Origin: Macrostomum hystrix
Taxonomy: Eukaryota > Animalia > Platyhelminthes
Assembly (NCBI GenBank): GCA_950097015.1
Contig: CATNEN010000003.1
Coordinates: 7,254,001 to 7,318,000 of the forward strand
Direction: 5' to 3'
DNA length: 64,000 nucleotides
In this document: piece by piece, positions 1 to 14,000 of the stretch
Layout of the letters: each line of letters begins with the position of its first letter
Numbering within the stretch: position 1 is the first letter of the stretch
Made by a program: the position numbers and the translations under genes
The notes under the pieces: generated by a model
The model's database searches: none
What the model was told of the DNA's origin: nothing
The model's input: the letters and a program-made list of their open reading frames with translations, nothing else

Positions 1-385
1 CAGCTAGTATCAAAATCTCAACCCTGTGAGACTGACAGCTAGTATCAAAATCTCACCCCTGTGAGACTGACAGCTAGTATCAAAATCTCAACCCTGTGAG
101 ACTGACAGCTAGTATCAAAATCTCACCCCTGTGAGACTGACAGCTAGAGTCAAAATCTCACCCCTGTGAGACTGACAGCTAGTATCAAAATCTCAACCCT
201 GTGAGACTGACAGCTAGTATCAAAATCTCACCCCTGTGAGACTGACAGCTAGAGTCAAAATCTCACCCTTATGAGACTGACAGCTAGTATCAAAATCTCA
301 CCCCTGTGAGACTGACAGCTAGAGTCAAAATCTCACCCTTATGAGACTGACAGCTAGTATCAATATCTCACCCCTGTGAGACTGA
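1..385. repeat. 35-bp minisatellite CAGCTAGTATCAAAATCTCACCCCTGTGAGACTGA, runs off the left edge
   Basis: 11 tandem units with an internal TCTCA..TGAGA hairpin. Confidence 0.95.
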
Positions 386-947
386 AATTTCGCAGTTTTT
401 GTTTTAAAAGTCGAAAATTTTCTGCCGAAAGTAAATTTGCATTTCCGAAAATAAACTGCCAACTTTTTGTTCGGTCAAAAAACAGTTTGATAATCAAATT
501 TTCTAAATTATTCTCAACCCATAGTGGCAACTATCATAAATGTTGCATAAGTCCATACTGCCATATCGACCTTAATATACAGGAATGCATAATGAAACAA
601 AAAAGACTGGGGGTGGGTAGTTCTAGATCGAACTGGCAAAGTTCCGTCACACATAGGATACAGCAACTCCACCCAATTTGCATTAATCAGAGTCAGCCGC
701 AGAACCGCAGCGCGAGGCGATTGCTGGGGACGAGTAGAGTAGAGATGACTAGTTGAACTAACTGCCTAAGCTATAGCTAAGATGGCTGCACTGTATGACG
801 ATAATAACTGTTTGGCATAGCGGTCACAAGCTACGCACTATATAGTATGTGAAGCTTATTCTCGATAGAAACTTTCGGTTTACAATTATTATTGATGAAA
901 TTTATTACGCCGTGTATACAGCAGTTTATATAATATAATTTTATTTT

Positions 948-1432
948 AATTATCGATCCTTATCTACTTGTCATCGTCTGTGCGTTTCGTTTGTCGATTC
1001 ATGTACTTCGGGGTATGAAATTATCGATCGTCTCTATGAATGTTAATTTCCTTACGTAAGCTAGTCGATCCATTAACATAACTCTTATCTATGTTATCGA
1101 TCGTCCATCAGTGTACATTGTCTTTAATTAAATTATCGATCGTCTGGTAGTGATGTACACTGTCTTTCGTAAATTATCGATCGTTTGGCAGTGATGTACA
1201 CTGTCTTTCGTAAATTATCGATCGTCTGGCAGTGATGTAGATTGGTTTTCGTAAATTATCGATCGTCTAACCATGATGTACTTTTGACTTTCGCAAACTA
1301 TCGATCGTCTGGCCATGATGTACATTGTCTTAAATAAAATATCGATTGTCTAACGGTGATGTACACTTGACTTTCGCAAATTATCGATAGTCTGGCAATA
1401 ATTGTACACTTATATATGCACTTTATCGATCA
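948..1432. repeat. Degenerate 41-bp minisatellite AAATTATCGATCGTCTGGCAGTGATGTACACTGTCTTTCGT
   Basis: TTATCGAT recurs with a 41-bp period over 1090-1432. Confidence 0.85.
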
Positions 1433-1514
1433 CATGTTAGCGTAGAATGCGCCTAATGTGCATTAGTGATCAGCTTTCAGTGCAAACTGTTCTGTGTACA
1501 TTAAATTAACCTAC

Positions 1515-2011
1515 CAGGCGGCAGAGGTGTCTCTTCGGGGCCGTCCAGTCTGTTGTCGTCCAGTGCAGCGGCCGATTTAGGCGACGATCGACCGCGTCGC
1601 CTGTCGTCATTGTCGCCTTCGCCACCGTCGGGCAGCGAGCGAGCTCGACTATGCGGCGCCCGACCGCCTGGCGTAGGCGACGCTGACACGGAGCGATGAT
1701 TGCCATCGGAATTAGCGACCACAGATGCCGAAGCCGACGCAGCTGCGTTATTGTTACCATGGCGACCGTGATGATGCAATCGGAAATGATGCTGCTGATG
1801 ATGCTGCTGAAGGCCAAGCTCCCTGCTGGAGGCCAGTTCGCCAAGAAGAAGCAGCGTGTGCGAGCCGGACGAGGTCGATGTCGCTGATCGAGCTGAACTG
1901 CTGTTGATCGCGTGCGGCTGCCTGTGCTGATGCTGCTGCGAAGACTGCTGCAGGTGAGGCGCCCGCCTGGCTCCGGGTGACCGGCTGGGCAGGGATCGAG
2001 CTCCCGACCCA
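1515..2011 (-). CDS. FARP1: FARP-like exon 9, low-complexity S/Q/H-rich linker
   Basis: ccttccag acceptor, open frame in phase with exon 8 that includes ORF 1501..1779, GC-rich relative to flanks. Putative donor gtaggt at 1514; the alternative is read-through to TAA at 1501-1503. Confidence 0.75.
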
Positions 2012-5000
2012 CTGGAAGGTGCAAATTTGAGATGGAAGATTTTCAGTTTATTAATTCTTTTGTTTCTAGATATGTATGTTTAAAATCTCACCCTGAGATT
2101 CGTAGGTTCAAAGTCTCACCCTGAGAATCGTAGCTTCAAAAGTTTCACGCCGAGATTCTCAGGTCCAAAGTCTCACCCTGAGATTAGTAGGTTTAAAAGC
2201 TTCACCCAAAGATTCTTAGGTTCAAAAGTCTCACCCTGAGATTCTTAGGTTTAAAAGCTTCACCCTGAGATTCTAAGGTTTAAAGTCTCAACCTGAGATT
2301 CTTAGGTTTAAAGTCTCAACCTGAGATTCTTAGGTTTAAAAAACTTCACCCTGAGGTTCTTAGGTTTAAAGTCTCACCCTGAGATTCTTAGGATCAAAAT
2401 CTCACCCTGAAATTCTTAGGTCCAAAGTCTCACCCTAAGATTCGTAGGTTCGAATTCTCACCCTGTGATTCGTAGGCTCAAAGTCTTACTCCGAGATTCG
2501 TAGGTTCAAAAGTCTCACCCTGAGATTTTGAATGATCAAAAGTCTCACCCTGAGATTTTGAATGATCAAAAGCCTCACCCTGAGATTTTGAATGATCAAA
2601 AGTCTCACCCTGAGATTTTTAGATTCAAAATGTCGGCTTTGTATTTCAAAGTGTTACATTACTCAGTGCTATACACCTCAAAAGCAATAAAAAATCGATT
2701 TTAACTTACCGATCAAAGTGCGGCCTTTTCACGTAATTTTCTCTGACAAACTCAACTAATTGCTTTTGAGTTCGACCGCAGTACCTGAATAATTATTTAG
2801 GTAATAACCTGCTTTTTAATAACGCGTCGTTATGTAAGAAATGACTTAGTAAATGACAGCCACTTAAAGAAACACTCACCTAAATGTGGAGCCCTTGGAC
2901 ACAACCTTTGACTTAGGCCTGTTTGTCAACTTGACAGCTTGACAACGAAAGAATGTGTGATGCTCGATGCACTTCTTCCAAAAGTGCTTGCACTCGTCTC
3001 TCGAGTCGAAGTAGAATTCCACCGTGTCTTTGTAGTAGCCCTAGATTTTAGGTAACAAAGACCAGCGGAATATTAGGAATTTTATAGGAGCTGTAAGACA
3101 AACGCACTACCTGTTTGACAGTAGCTGTCAGAGAAACGCACTACCTGTTTGACAGGAACTGTCAGAGAAACGCACTACCTGTTTGACAGTAGCTGTCAGA
3201 GAAACGCACTACCTGTTTGACAGTAGCTGTCAGAGAAACGCACTACCTGTTTGACAGTAGCTGTCAGAGAAACGCAATACCTGTTTGACAGTAGCTGTCA
3301 GAGAAACGCACTACCTGTTTGACAGAAGCTGTCAGAGAAACGCACTACCTGTTTGACAGAAGCTGTCAGAGAAACGCACTACCTGTTTGACAGTAGCTGT
3401 CAGAGAAACGCACTACCTGTTTGACAGTAGCTGTCAGAGAAACGCACTACCTGTTTGACAGAAACTGTCAGAGAAACGCACTACCTGTTTGAAACAGAGA
3501 AGATAAAATAGAAAGTAAGATAAAAAGATAGATGCTAGAATTTTCTCACTGCTCAGATTTTTTAACTGGAAAGTGGCAAAAAATTATTTTTTATCCTAAA
3601 CCCTTAAAAAAAGAAATAAAATTGTTTGCCTAAAAGCATTTTGAGTATTTTCAAAGGCTGTGCAAAGTTGAATGCCGATTGCATAGACTCCAGGGGCTTA
3701 AACCTACAGTCTGGGCATTAGAAAGCTCAAATACGTTGCTAGCCAACACGACAAGAACCGTCTCACTAAACCACTTCTATTTCCTTGCCGAAAAATCCTT
3801 AAATCCCACTCACTCCCTCTCTCTCTCTTACTGTCATTCTTCCCCTAGGGGAGAAATACATAACACAACAGGCGACTAACAGTATGACTAGACCCTGGCT
3901 ATGTCCCGCCGAATCTAATGATGTGAAAATAGCTGAGCATTTTTTATGCAAGCAGACTATTAGGAAGGGAAATGAAGCTGGGGGAGAGTTGACAGGAAAG
4001 TGTATAGCAAAATAGATTGGTGCATTGCTGGTAATGCGATATAAGCAGCTAAAGTCAAATTACTGAGTATATTGCCCTCGAAGCAGTCTGTTCAATCTTA
4101 TATTGGTGAGAAAATAGGCTTTAGGTGACTTGCAGCCCAGTTGGGCCAGATGTAGAGCCTCAATTGTTCCAACTCACTACCTCCCTCTAGTAAGTATTGT
4201 ATCTACTGAAGCATTCATTACCACCGCTCTGCTGCTGTTGCTGCTTCAAGACGTTATTAGGCCTACTAGATCAATAATTCGCCAGTGTTGAGTGCAAAAT
4301 CTTGTTATGCTGAAAGAAGAAGACACTGTCAAACATAGCTGCGGACTATACTCAATGCGAGTATAATATGGAGTATAGAACCCAGACTACAGAATTTAGC
4401 CATGATATTCTAAACAGTAGAATCTAGACTGTAGAATCAAGACCATAGAACCAAGACCATAGAATCTTGACCATAGAATCTAGACCATAGAATCTGGACC
4501 ATAGAATCTTGACCATAGAATCTTGACCATAGAATCTGGACCATAGAATCTTGACCATAGAATCTCGACCATAGAATCTTGAACATAGAATCTCGACCAT
4601 AGAATCTTGACCATAGAATCTTGACCATAGAATCTTGACCATAGAATCTGGACCATCAGAATCTTGACCATAGAATCTAGACCATAGAATCTTGACCATA
4701 GAATCTTGAACATAGAATCTCGACCATAGAATCTCGACCATAGAATCTTGAACATAGAATCTCGACCATAGAATCTTGACCATAGAATCTTGACCATAGA
4801 ATCTTGACCATAGAATCTTGAACATAGAATCTCGACCATAGAATCTTGACCATAGAATCTTGACCATAGAATCTCGACCATAGAATCTTGACCATAGAAT
4901 CTTGACCATAGAATCTGGACCATCAGAATCTGGACCATCAGAATCTTGACCATAGAATCTGGACCATCAGAATCTTGACCATCAGAATCTTGACCATAGA

Positions 5001-8000
5001 ATCTGGACCATCAGAATCTTGACCATAGAATCTGGACCATCAGAATCTTGACCATAGAATCTTGACCATAGAATCTGGACCATCAGAATCTTGACCATAG
5101 AATCTGGACCATCAGAATCTTGACCATAGAATCTTGACCATAGAATCTTGACCATAGAATCTAGACCATAGAATCTCGACCATAGAATCTTGACCATAGA
5201 ATCTTGACCATAGAATCTAGACGATAAAATCGAACTCACTAGAATATAATACTGATAAACTTATACGGAATAGTGTGATTTCTACTATAACGAACAGTTT
5301 TATACTATCGAGAAAAATTAATATTGGCACTCCCAAGTTATGTAGCTGGGAGTTAATTTAGGATATTGTGAGGATAACTCGGCAGACGATTCTAAGCTTA
5401 GATCCCCGAAAATTCGAATTGGGAAGCTTAGTTAAGCTCAGTCTTTTGAGGAATTAGAGTAAGGATTAGACAACGGAAACTTCCTTCTGTTGGTAAAATT
5501 TCCCCACAAATGTAGTATAAACCAAGCTTATCCCTGCTAAATTATATATCCCTTTCCTCTTCAAAGCCTAAGACCTCGATTTCCTCGATCAGGCCTTCCT
5601 TGCGTGTCTCTGCTCTCCTATAGGATGTGTATGCATGCAGACTCTTTTAATTTCAGCAGCAGGCCGAGAAAATCATACGGCACACTTTGATCATTCTTAC
5701 CAAGCTCCACCTTCCTCATAGACTAGGACGGAAGGCTGTCACAGACACAGTCTTTGAGACGGTGGCAAAAAAGGAAATAATTTCCTACACGAAGGAGCGG
5801 ATGTGGGTTTGGGTAGGCCCAGTCCAGCGAAAAAGGAAACCTGATACACTTCATAGTGAAATTATCTTGATCAAATCTTGACCAGAAAGACATATGAGGC
5901 GTTGTGGGATAATTGGGATGAAAGTGGAAATTATCGTGGGATAATTGAGATAAAGGTGCGAAACATTCTGGAATTCGGGAAAATTAAGGTGAAGGTGGGA
6001 TAATCTGAATAAAAGTGGGGCAATGAGGAAAATGTGATTATTAAAAAGATTGTGATATAATTCAGATGCATTTGGGATAGCTTTGATTAATGTGGGAGGA
6101 ATTTGAGAGGAATGTGGGATAACTGAGAGGAATGTGGGATAACTGAGAGGAATGTGGGATAATTGAGAGGAATGTGGGATAACTGAGAGGAATGTGGGAT
6201 AATTGAGAGGAATGTGGGATAACTGAGAGGAATGTGGGAGGAATTTGAGAGGAATGTGGGATAACTGAGAGGAATGTGGGATAACTGAGAGGAATGTGGG
6301 ATAATTGAGAGGAATGTGGGATAACTGAGAGGAATGTGGGAGGAATTTGAGAGGAATGTGGGATAACTGAGAGGAATGTGGGATAACTGAGAGGAATGTG
6401 GGATAATTGAGAGGAATGTGGGATAACTGAGAGGAATGTGGGATAATTGAGAGGAATGTGGGATAACTGAGAGGAATGTGGGATATTTGAGAGGAATGTG
6501 GGATAACTGAGAGGAATGTGGGATATTTGAGAGGAATGTGGGGTAATTGAGAGGAATGTGGGATAACTGAGAGGAATGTGGGATAATTGAGAGGAATGTG
6601 GGATAACTGAGAGGAATGTGGGATAACTGAGAGGAATGTGGGATATTTGAGAGGAATGTGGGGTAATTGAGAGGAATGTGGGATAATTGAGAGGAATGTG
6701 GGATATTTGAGAGGAATGTGGGATAACTGAGAGGAATGTGGGATAACTGAGAGGAATGTGGGATAATTGAGAGGAATGTGGGATAATTGAGAGGAATATG
6801 GGATAATTGAGAGGAATGTGGGATAATTGAGTTTAATGAGGGATAATTAAGAGTATTATGTGGGGATTGAAAGGAATTTGGGATAATAAAGAGGATTGTG
6901 GGGATAATTGAGAAAAATTGGGATAGTTAAGAAGATTGTATGATAACTGAGAGAAATTTGGGATAAATATGTGAATTGTGGGATAATTGAGAGGAATGTG
7001 GGATAATTGAGAGGAATTTGGGATAATTAAGAGGATTATGGTGAGGATTGAAAGGAATGTGGGATAATTATTAGGATTTTTGGGTAGTTGAGAGGAATTT
7101 GGGATAATTTAGAGAAATATGGGATAATTGAGTTTAATGAGGGATAATTAGGAAGATTATGAGGGGATTGAAAGGAATGTGGGGTTATTATGAGGATTGT
7201 GGGATAATTGAGAGGATTGTGGGATAATTGAGAGGAATTAAGGATAATTTGAACAAAGGTCGGAGACAATTTAGGATAAGTAAGATTGATGGCAATGTAG
7301 GATTATTCACATAGAATATAACTAGTTATAGAGATAGCTAAGGACGCAGCTGTTTATAACAAAGACTGACAGCTGCAGTTGCTAAGGTGTTTCTAAAGAA
7401 CCAGATGGACAATCTCTAGCAATAGGTGGGGCCCTACAAATGGTAATGCTTTTTTCGCGTTGCTCCACAAAGAGAATTTGGCTAAGCAAAACAAAATCCA
7501 AGCAAAACTATTTTATCTACAAGTGAATGCATTGGTGCCAGAAGGAATGTACAGTTTGACTGCTGCTGCGGACCCTAATCTATGAAAAATCTAACGATAA
7601 CATCGTTTAACTGTTTACGCGTGTCCGATAGGGAAATTATCGATTTGAGGATCTAAATATTGGAAACAATTTTAGTGCTATTAACAATTTTTCTAGTAAA
7701 AGTACATTCGTGAAAATGAAAAAGCAGGCTGTAAACAGTTTGACTGCTTTTTTTGGAAATTTGAGAACACAATAAAGAATACGGGAGTTATTGACTAAAA
7801 AGGAAAAAATTCCCATAAAGATGATGAAGTGTCCAGAATTAAGAAGGATTTTTTTTAACAATCCCCGATGACACACTAGATGCCTGATCAATGCTAACAC
7901 AAATGCCTACCTGTATCCTAGCTCTAGATTGTTTGAGTCTTAATGATCAAATCTAAAAATAGATTGAAAACGTTTGATCGACGGCTCAATTTACAATGGG

Positions 8001-11000
8001 CATTTAGTACTGCCCATTAGAGATAATAGCGATTAGAGATTGAATAGTTATTCCATTTTTATCGTGATTTCTTTGCTTGTTTGTGTCGAGGTTGTCCGTT
8101 TCAGTATGACCAACGTCTTATGACCATTAAGTAGCTCCACTATGACAAGAAATACAGTTGTATTAACCGACATTCACAGTTGTATGACCAAAATTCACTG
8201 TTTTATGACCAACGCTCACTGTTTTTGTATGATCACTGATGCATGACCAAAACTCACTGTTCTATGAGCAACTCGAGTTTATGACTTGCTCATAGCCCAC
8301 ATAAGTATTTGTTCTTTTATAGTTACAATTAACATAAAAAATATACAAAAAAATGACGGGGAAAAAGGAAAAAATTTTCGAATCCATGTTATGCCCAATC
8401 AGTTTGACCAAAATGTCGGTTACCACAAATATTTTACAGGGGCCAGAGAAATATCTAAGCAGTTAGATAGCTATATTTAGAATGCGAAGGGGATTAGTAG
8501 ATATGGGAAGAGGATTAGTAGGATGGGAAGAGGATTAGTAGGATGGGAAGAAGATTAGTAGGCATGGAAAGAGCATTAGTAAGATGGGAAGAGGATTAGT
8601 AGGATGGAAAGAGCATTAGAAAGATGGGAAGAGGATTAGTAGGGTGGGAAGAGGATTAGTAAGATGGGAAGATGATTAGTAGGATGGCAAGAGGATTAGT
8701 AGGATGGGAAGAGGATTAGTAGGATGGGAAGATGATTAGTAGGATGGGAAGATGATTGGTAGGATGGGAAGAGGATTAGTAGGATGGGAAGATGATTAGT
8801 AGGATGGGAAGAGGATTAGTAGGATGGGAAGAGGATTAGTAGGATTCGAAGAGGATTAGTAGGATTCGAAGAGGATTAGTAGGATTCGAAGAGGATTAGT
8901 AGGATGGGAAGAGGATTAGTAGGATTCGAAGAGGATTAGTAGGATAGGAAGAGGATTAGTAGGATGGGAAGAGGATTAGTAGGATGGGAAGAGGATTAGT
9001 AGGATTCGAAGAGGATTAGTAGGATGAGAAGAGGATTAGTAGGATGGGAAAATGATTAGTAGGATGGGAAGAGGATTAGTAGGATGAGAAGAGGATTAGT
9101 AGGATGGGAAAATGATTTGCAGAATTGGAAGGCATGACAAGAATGGGAAGACTCTTTTTAAGATGGGAAGCCAGTTTTCTTGATAAAGAGGTATTAATTA
9201 GCCAATAAACCCATTGCACATTTTGAGTACCAGTATAACAAACAAAAACTAAAAATAGCAAACTAAAAATTGTTACCAGCAGTCGCAATTTATTAATCGA
9301 TATTACCCTTTCAAATTCGTAGAAATCGAAATAAACATTTTCAGGACATTTTCTTTCTAGATTTCGTTACCCCACAACCTCGCACACTTTCACTCAGGCG
9401 GTCATTAGTTCGTTCTCTTCTCAAACTCTCTTTAGTTCTTGCTACTCAATCGATGTCGCTATGGATTGGACTAGAGAGAATGAGAGAAGAGAGTTGGCAA
9501 ATGGTGCAAAAGCGAAATGCAGATATTAGTGCATGTATAAGGACTATTCACACATTATTATGGCTGCTGTGTGGACACATCGATAACACGCAAAAGTACA
9601 AAATATGTCAATGCGAAACATATAGTCGTTTCAATGAGTATGCGATTGTATATCCTAATAACCTAATCAATTGTAAATAGGCAATGTAAGTATCAAACAA
9701 AATTACACAACTATCTGCCGACATTACAAAAGGTTCTACCCACATAAGAACAATAATCTACCCGCGTTAAACATCAATTTACCCACTTTACACAACTATC
9801 TACATTCATTACACACCTATTTACCTTCACTACCCAGTCATCTGCCATCATTTCAAACCTATGTATATTAATTACACACCTGTTTACCTTCACTACCCAG
9901 TCATCTGCCATCATTTCAAACCTATGTATATTAATTACACACCTGTTTACCTTCACTACCCAGTCATCTGCCATCATTTCAAACCTATGTATATTAATTA
10001 CACACCTGTTTACCTTCATTACCCAGCTATCTACATTCATTAACACTTATCCACCTTCATTACACACCTATCTACCTTCATTACACACCTATTTACCTTC
10101 ACTACCCAGTCATCTGCCATCATTTCAAACCTATGTATATTAATTACACACCTGTTTACCTTCATTACCCAGCAATCTACATTCATTAACACTTATCCAC
10201 CTTCATTACACACCTATCTACCTTCATTACACACCTATCTACCTTCATTACACACCTATCTACCTTCATTAGACACCTATCTACCTTCATTACACACCTA
10301 TCTACCTTCATTACACACCTATCTACCTTCATTACACACCTATCTACCTTCATTACACACCTATCTACCTTCTTTACACACCTATCTACCTTCATTACAC
10401 ACATGTTTACCTTCATTATCCAGTTATCTACATTCATTACACACTTATCCACCTTCATTACACACCTATCTACCTTCATTACACACCTATTTACCTTCAC
10501 TACCCAGTCATCTGCCATCATTTCAAACCTATGTATATTAATTACACACCTGTTTACCTTCATTACCCAGCTATCTACATTCATTAACACTTATCCACCT
10601 TCATTACACACCTATCTACCTTCATTACACACCTATTTACCTTCACTACCCAGTCATCTGCCATCATTTCAAACCTATGTATATTAATTACACACCTGTT
10701 TACCTTCATTACCCAGCTATCTACATTCATTAACACTTATCCACCTTCATTACACACCTATCTACCTTCATTACACACCTATCTACCTTCTTTACACACC
10801 TATCTACCTTCATTACACACATGTTTACCTTCATTATCCAGTTATCTACATTCATTACACACTTATCTACCTTCATTACAAACTTATCTACCTTCATTAC
10901 ACACTTATCTACACTAATTACACACCTATCTACCTTCATTACACACTTATCTACCTTCATTACACACCTATCTACCTTCATTACACACTTATCTACCTTC

Positions 11001-14000
11001 ATTACACACCTATCTACCTTCATTACACACTTATCTACTTTCAATACACAACAATCTACCTTCATTACACACCTATCTACCTTCATTACACACTTATCTA
11101 CCTTTATTACACACCTATCTACCTTCATTACACACTTATCTACTTTCAATACACAACAATCTACCTTCATTACACACTTATCTACATTCATTACACACTT
11201 ATCTACTTTCAATACACAACAATCTACCTTCATTACACACCTATCTACCTTCATTACACACCTATCTACCTTCATTACACACTTATCTACCTTCATTACA
11301 CTCCTATCTACCTTCATTACACACTTATCTACTTTCAATACACAACAATCTACCTTCATTACACACTTATCTACCTTCATTACACACTTATCTACCTTCA
11401 ATACACAACAATCTACCTGAATTGCACAGTGCATATACTCACATTACGCACTTATCTACGTGCATTGCGCAATTATTTACCAGCATTTCACGATTATCTA
11501 CCCGCATTACGCGGTAACTACCCACGCAGCACAATGGCAAAACTCACGTATCCTTCCGGGTGCAATTTGACCAGAAATTTCTTCCTCTTGAAGCTGAGCT
11601 TTCGCACCTTGGCCCAGCTGAAGGTGTTAATCCGGCTGGTGTTTTGAAACACGAGTACACCAGCGTGAGCCACGGCCAGGTTTAGCGGCAGACCTTCGTG
11701 ATCCTTGGCCGGATGAAGACGGATGCCGTACAGTTCCACTTTTCGAGCAGTGTCCAATAGGCTGTACTCTGAGTCCTCCGGTGTTAGGCCACTAGCGTTT
11801 TGAAAAAATGGCAACGATTTAAATTTGTTTTCTCTATTTCTTCGCTTTATCTCCGCTCTTGCCGTAGTTTAGGAATATAATAATTCAAGATTGATATTCA
11901 ACCACCACCTTGACTTAAATCCTCATTATACTTTCTGTTTCTTTTTTTTTCACAAACTGCTACTCATTCTAAATTTTTCTCCCACAATGCATCTCCCTAT
12001 CTCACCCACTCAATCTCCCCTTTTCTCTCCCACTCAATCTCCCCTTTTCTCTCCCACTCAATCTCTCCTTTTCTCTCCCACCCATTCTCCCCTTTCTCTC
12101 CCACTCAATCTCCCCTTTTCTCTCCTACCCATTCTCCCCTTTTCTCTCCCACTCAATCTCCCCTTTTTTCTCCTACCCATTCTCCCCTTCTCTCCCACTC
12201 AATCTCCCCTTTTCTCTCCTACTCATTCTCCCCTTTCTCTCCCACTCAATCTCCCCTGTTCTCTCCTACTCATTCTCCCCTTTTCTCTCCCACTCAATCT
12301 CCCTTTTCTCTCCCACTCAATCGGCCTTTTCTCTCCCACTCAATCTCCCCTTTTCTCTCCCACTCATTCTCCCCTTTTCTCTCCTACTCATTCTCCCCTT
12401 TTCTCTCCCACTCAATCTCCCTGTTCTCACCTGCTCATTATCCCCCTTTCTCTCTCACTCATTCTCTTATCTGTTGGAATGAAGGGGATGGCCAGAGATA
12501 GAATAAAGGGAATGAAGAGAGATGTAATGAAGGGAATGAAGAGAGATGACATGAAGGGAATGAAGAGACATGGAATGAAGGGAATGGCCAGAGATGGAAT
12601 GAAGGGAATGGCCAGAGATGGAATGAATGGAATGAATAGAGATGACATGAAGGGAATGAAAAGAGATGGAATGAAGGGAATGGCGAGATATGGAATGAAG
12701 GGAAAGGCCAGAGACGGAATGAAGGGAATGAAGAGAGATGACATGAAGGGAATGAAGAGAGATGACATGAAGGGAATGAAGAGAGATGACATGAAGGGAA
12801 TGAAGAGAGATGACATGAAGGGAATGAAGAGAGATGACATGAAGGGAATGAAGAGAGATGACATGAAGGGAATGAAGAGAGATGACATGAAGGGAATGAA
12901 GAGAGATGTAATGAAGGGAATGAAGAGAGATGACATGAAGGGAATGAAGAGAGATGGAATTAAGGGAAAGGCCAGAGATGGAATGAATGGAATGAATAGA
13001 GATGACATGAAGGGAATGAAAAGAGATGGAATGAAGGGAATGACGAGAGATTGAATGAAGGGAATGGCCAGAGATGGAATGAAGGGAATGACGAGAGATG
13101 GAATGAAGGGAAAGGCCAGAGATGGAATGAAGGGAAAGGCCAGAGATGGAATGAAGGGAATGGCCAGAGATGGAATGAAGGGAAAGGCCAGAGATGGAAT
13201 GAAGGGAATGGCTAGAGATGGAATGAAGGGAATGGCCAGAGATGGAATGAAGGGAATGGCCAGAGATGGAATGAAGGGAATGGCCAGAGATGGAATGAAG
13301 GGAATGGCCAGAGATGGAATGAAGGGAATGGCTAGAGATGGAATGAAGGGAAAGGCCAGAGATGGAATGAAGGGAAAGGCCAGAGATTGAATGAAGGGAA
13401 TGGCCAGAGATGGAATGAAGGGAAAGGCCAGAGATGGAATGAAGGGAATGGCTAGAGATGGAATGAAGGGAATGGCCAGAGATGGAATGAAGGGAATGGC
13501 TAGAGATGGAATGAAGGGAAAGGCCAGAGATGGAATGAAGGGAAAGGCCAGAGATGGAATGAAGGGAATGGCCAGAGATGGAATGAAGGGAAAGGCCAGA
13601 GATGGAATGAAGGGAATGGCTAGAGATGGAATGAAGGGAATGGCCAGAGATGGAATGAAGGGAATGGCCAGAGATGGAATGAAGGGAATGGCCAGAGATG
13701 GAATGAAGGGAATGGCCAGAGATGGAATGAAGGGAATGGCTAGAGATGGAATGAAGGGAAAGGCCAGAGATGGAATGAAGGGAATGGCCAGAGATGGAAT
13801 GAAGGGAAAGGCCAGAGATGGAATGAAGGGAATGGCCAGAGATGGAATGAAGGGAAAGGCCAGAGATGGAATGAAGGGAATGGCCAGAGATGGAATGAAG
13901 GGAAAGGCTAGAGATGGAATGAAGGGAATGGCCAGAGATGGAATGAAGGGAATGGCCAGAGATGGAATGAAGGGAAAGGCCAGAGATGGAATGAAGGGAA

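Noticed and set aside
1506-2024. 172-aa ORF overlapping exon 9
   Set aside because: Alternative frame of the FARP exon; the phase of exon 8 selects the frame of ORF 1501..1779.
1-3492. CRISPR-like 29-35-bp palindromic repeats
   Set aside because: Units are head-to-tail with no unique spacers, there are no cas genes, and the context is a eukaryotic intron.
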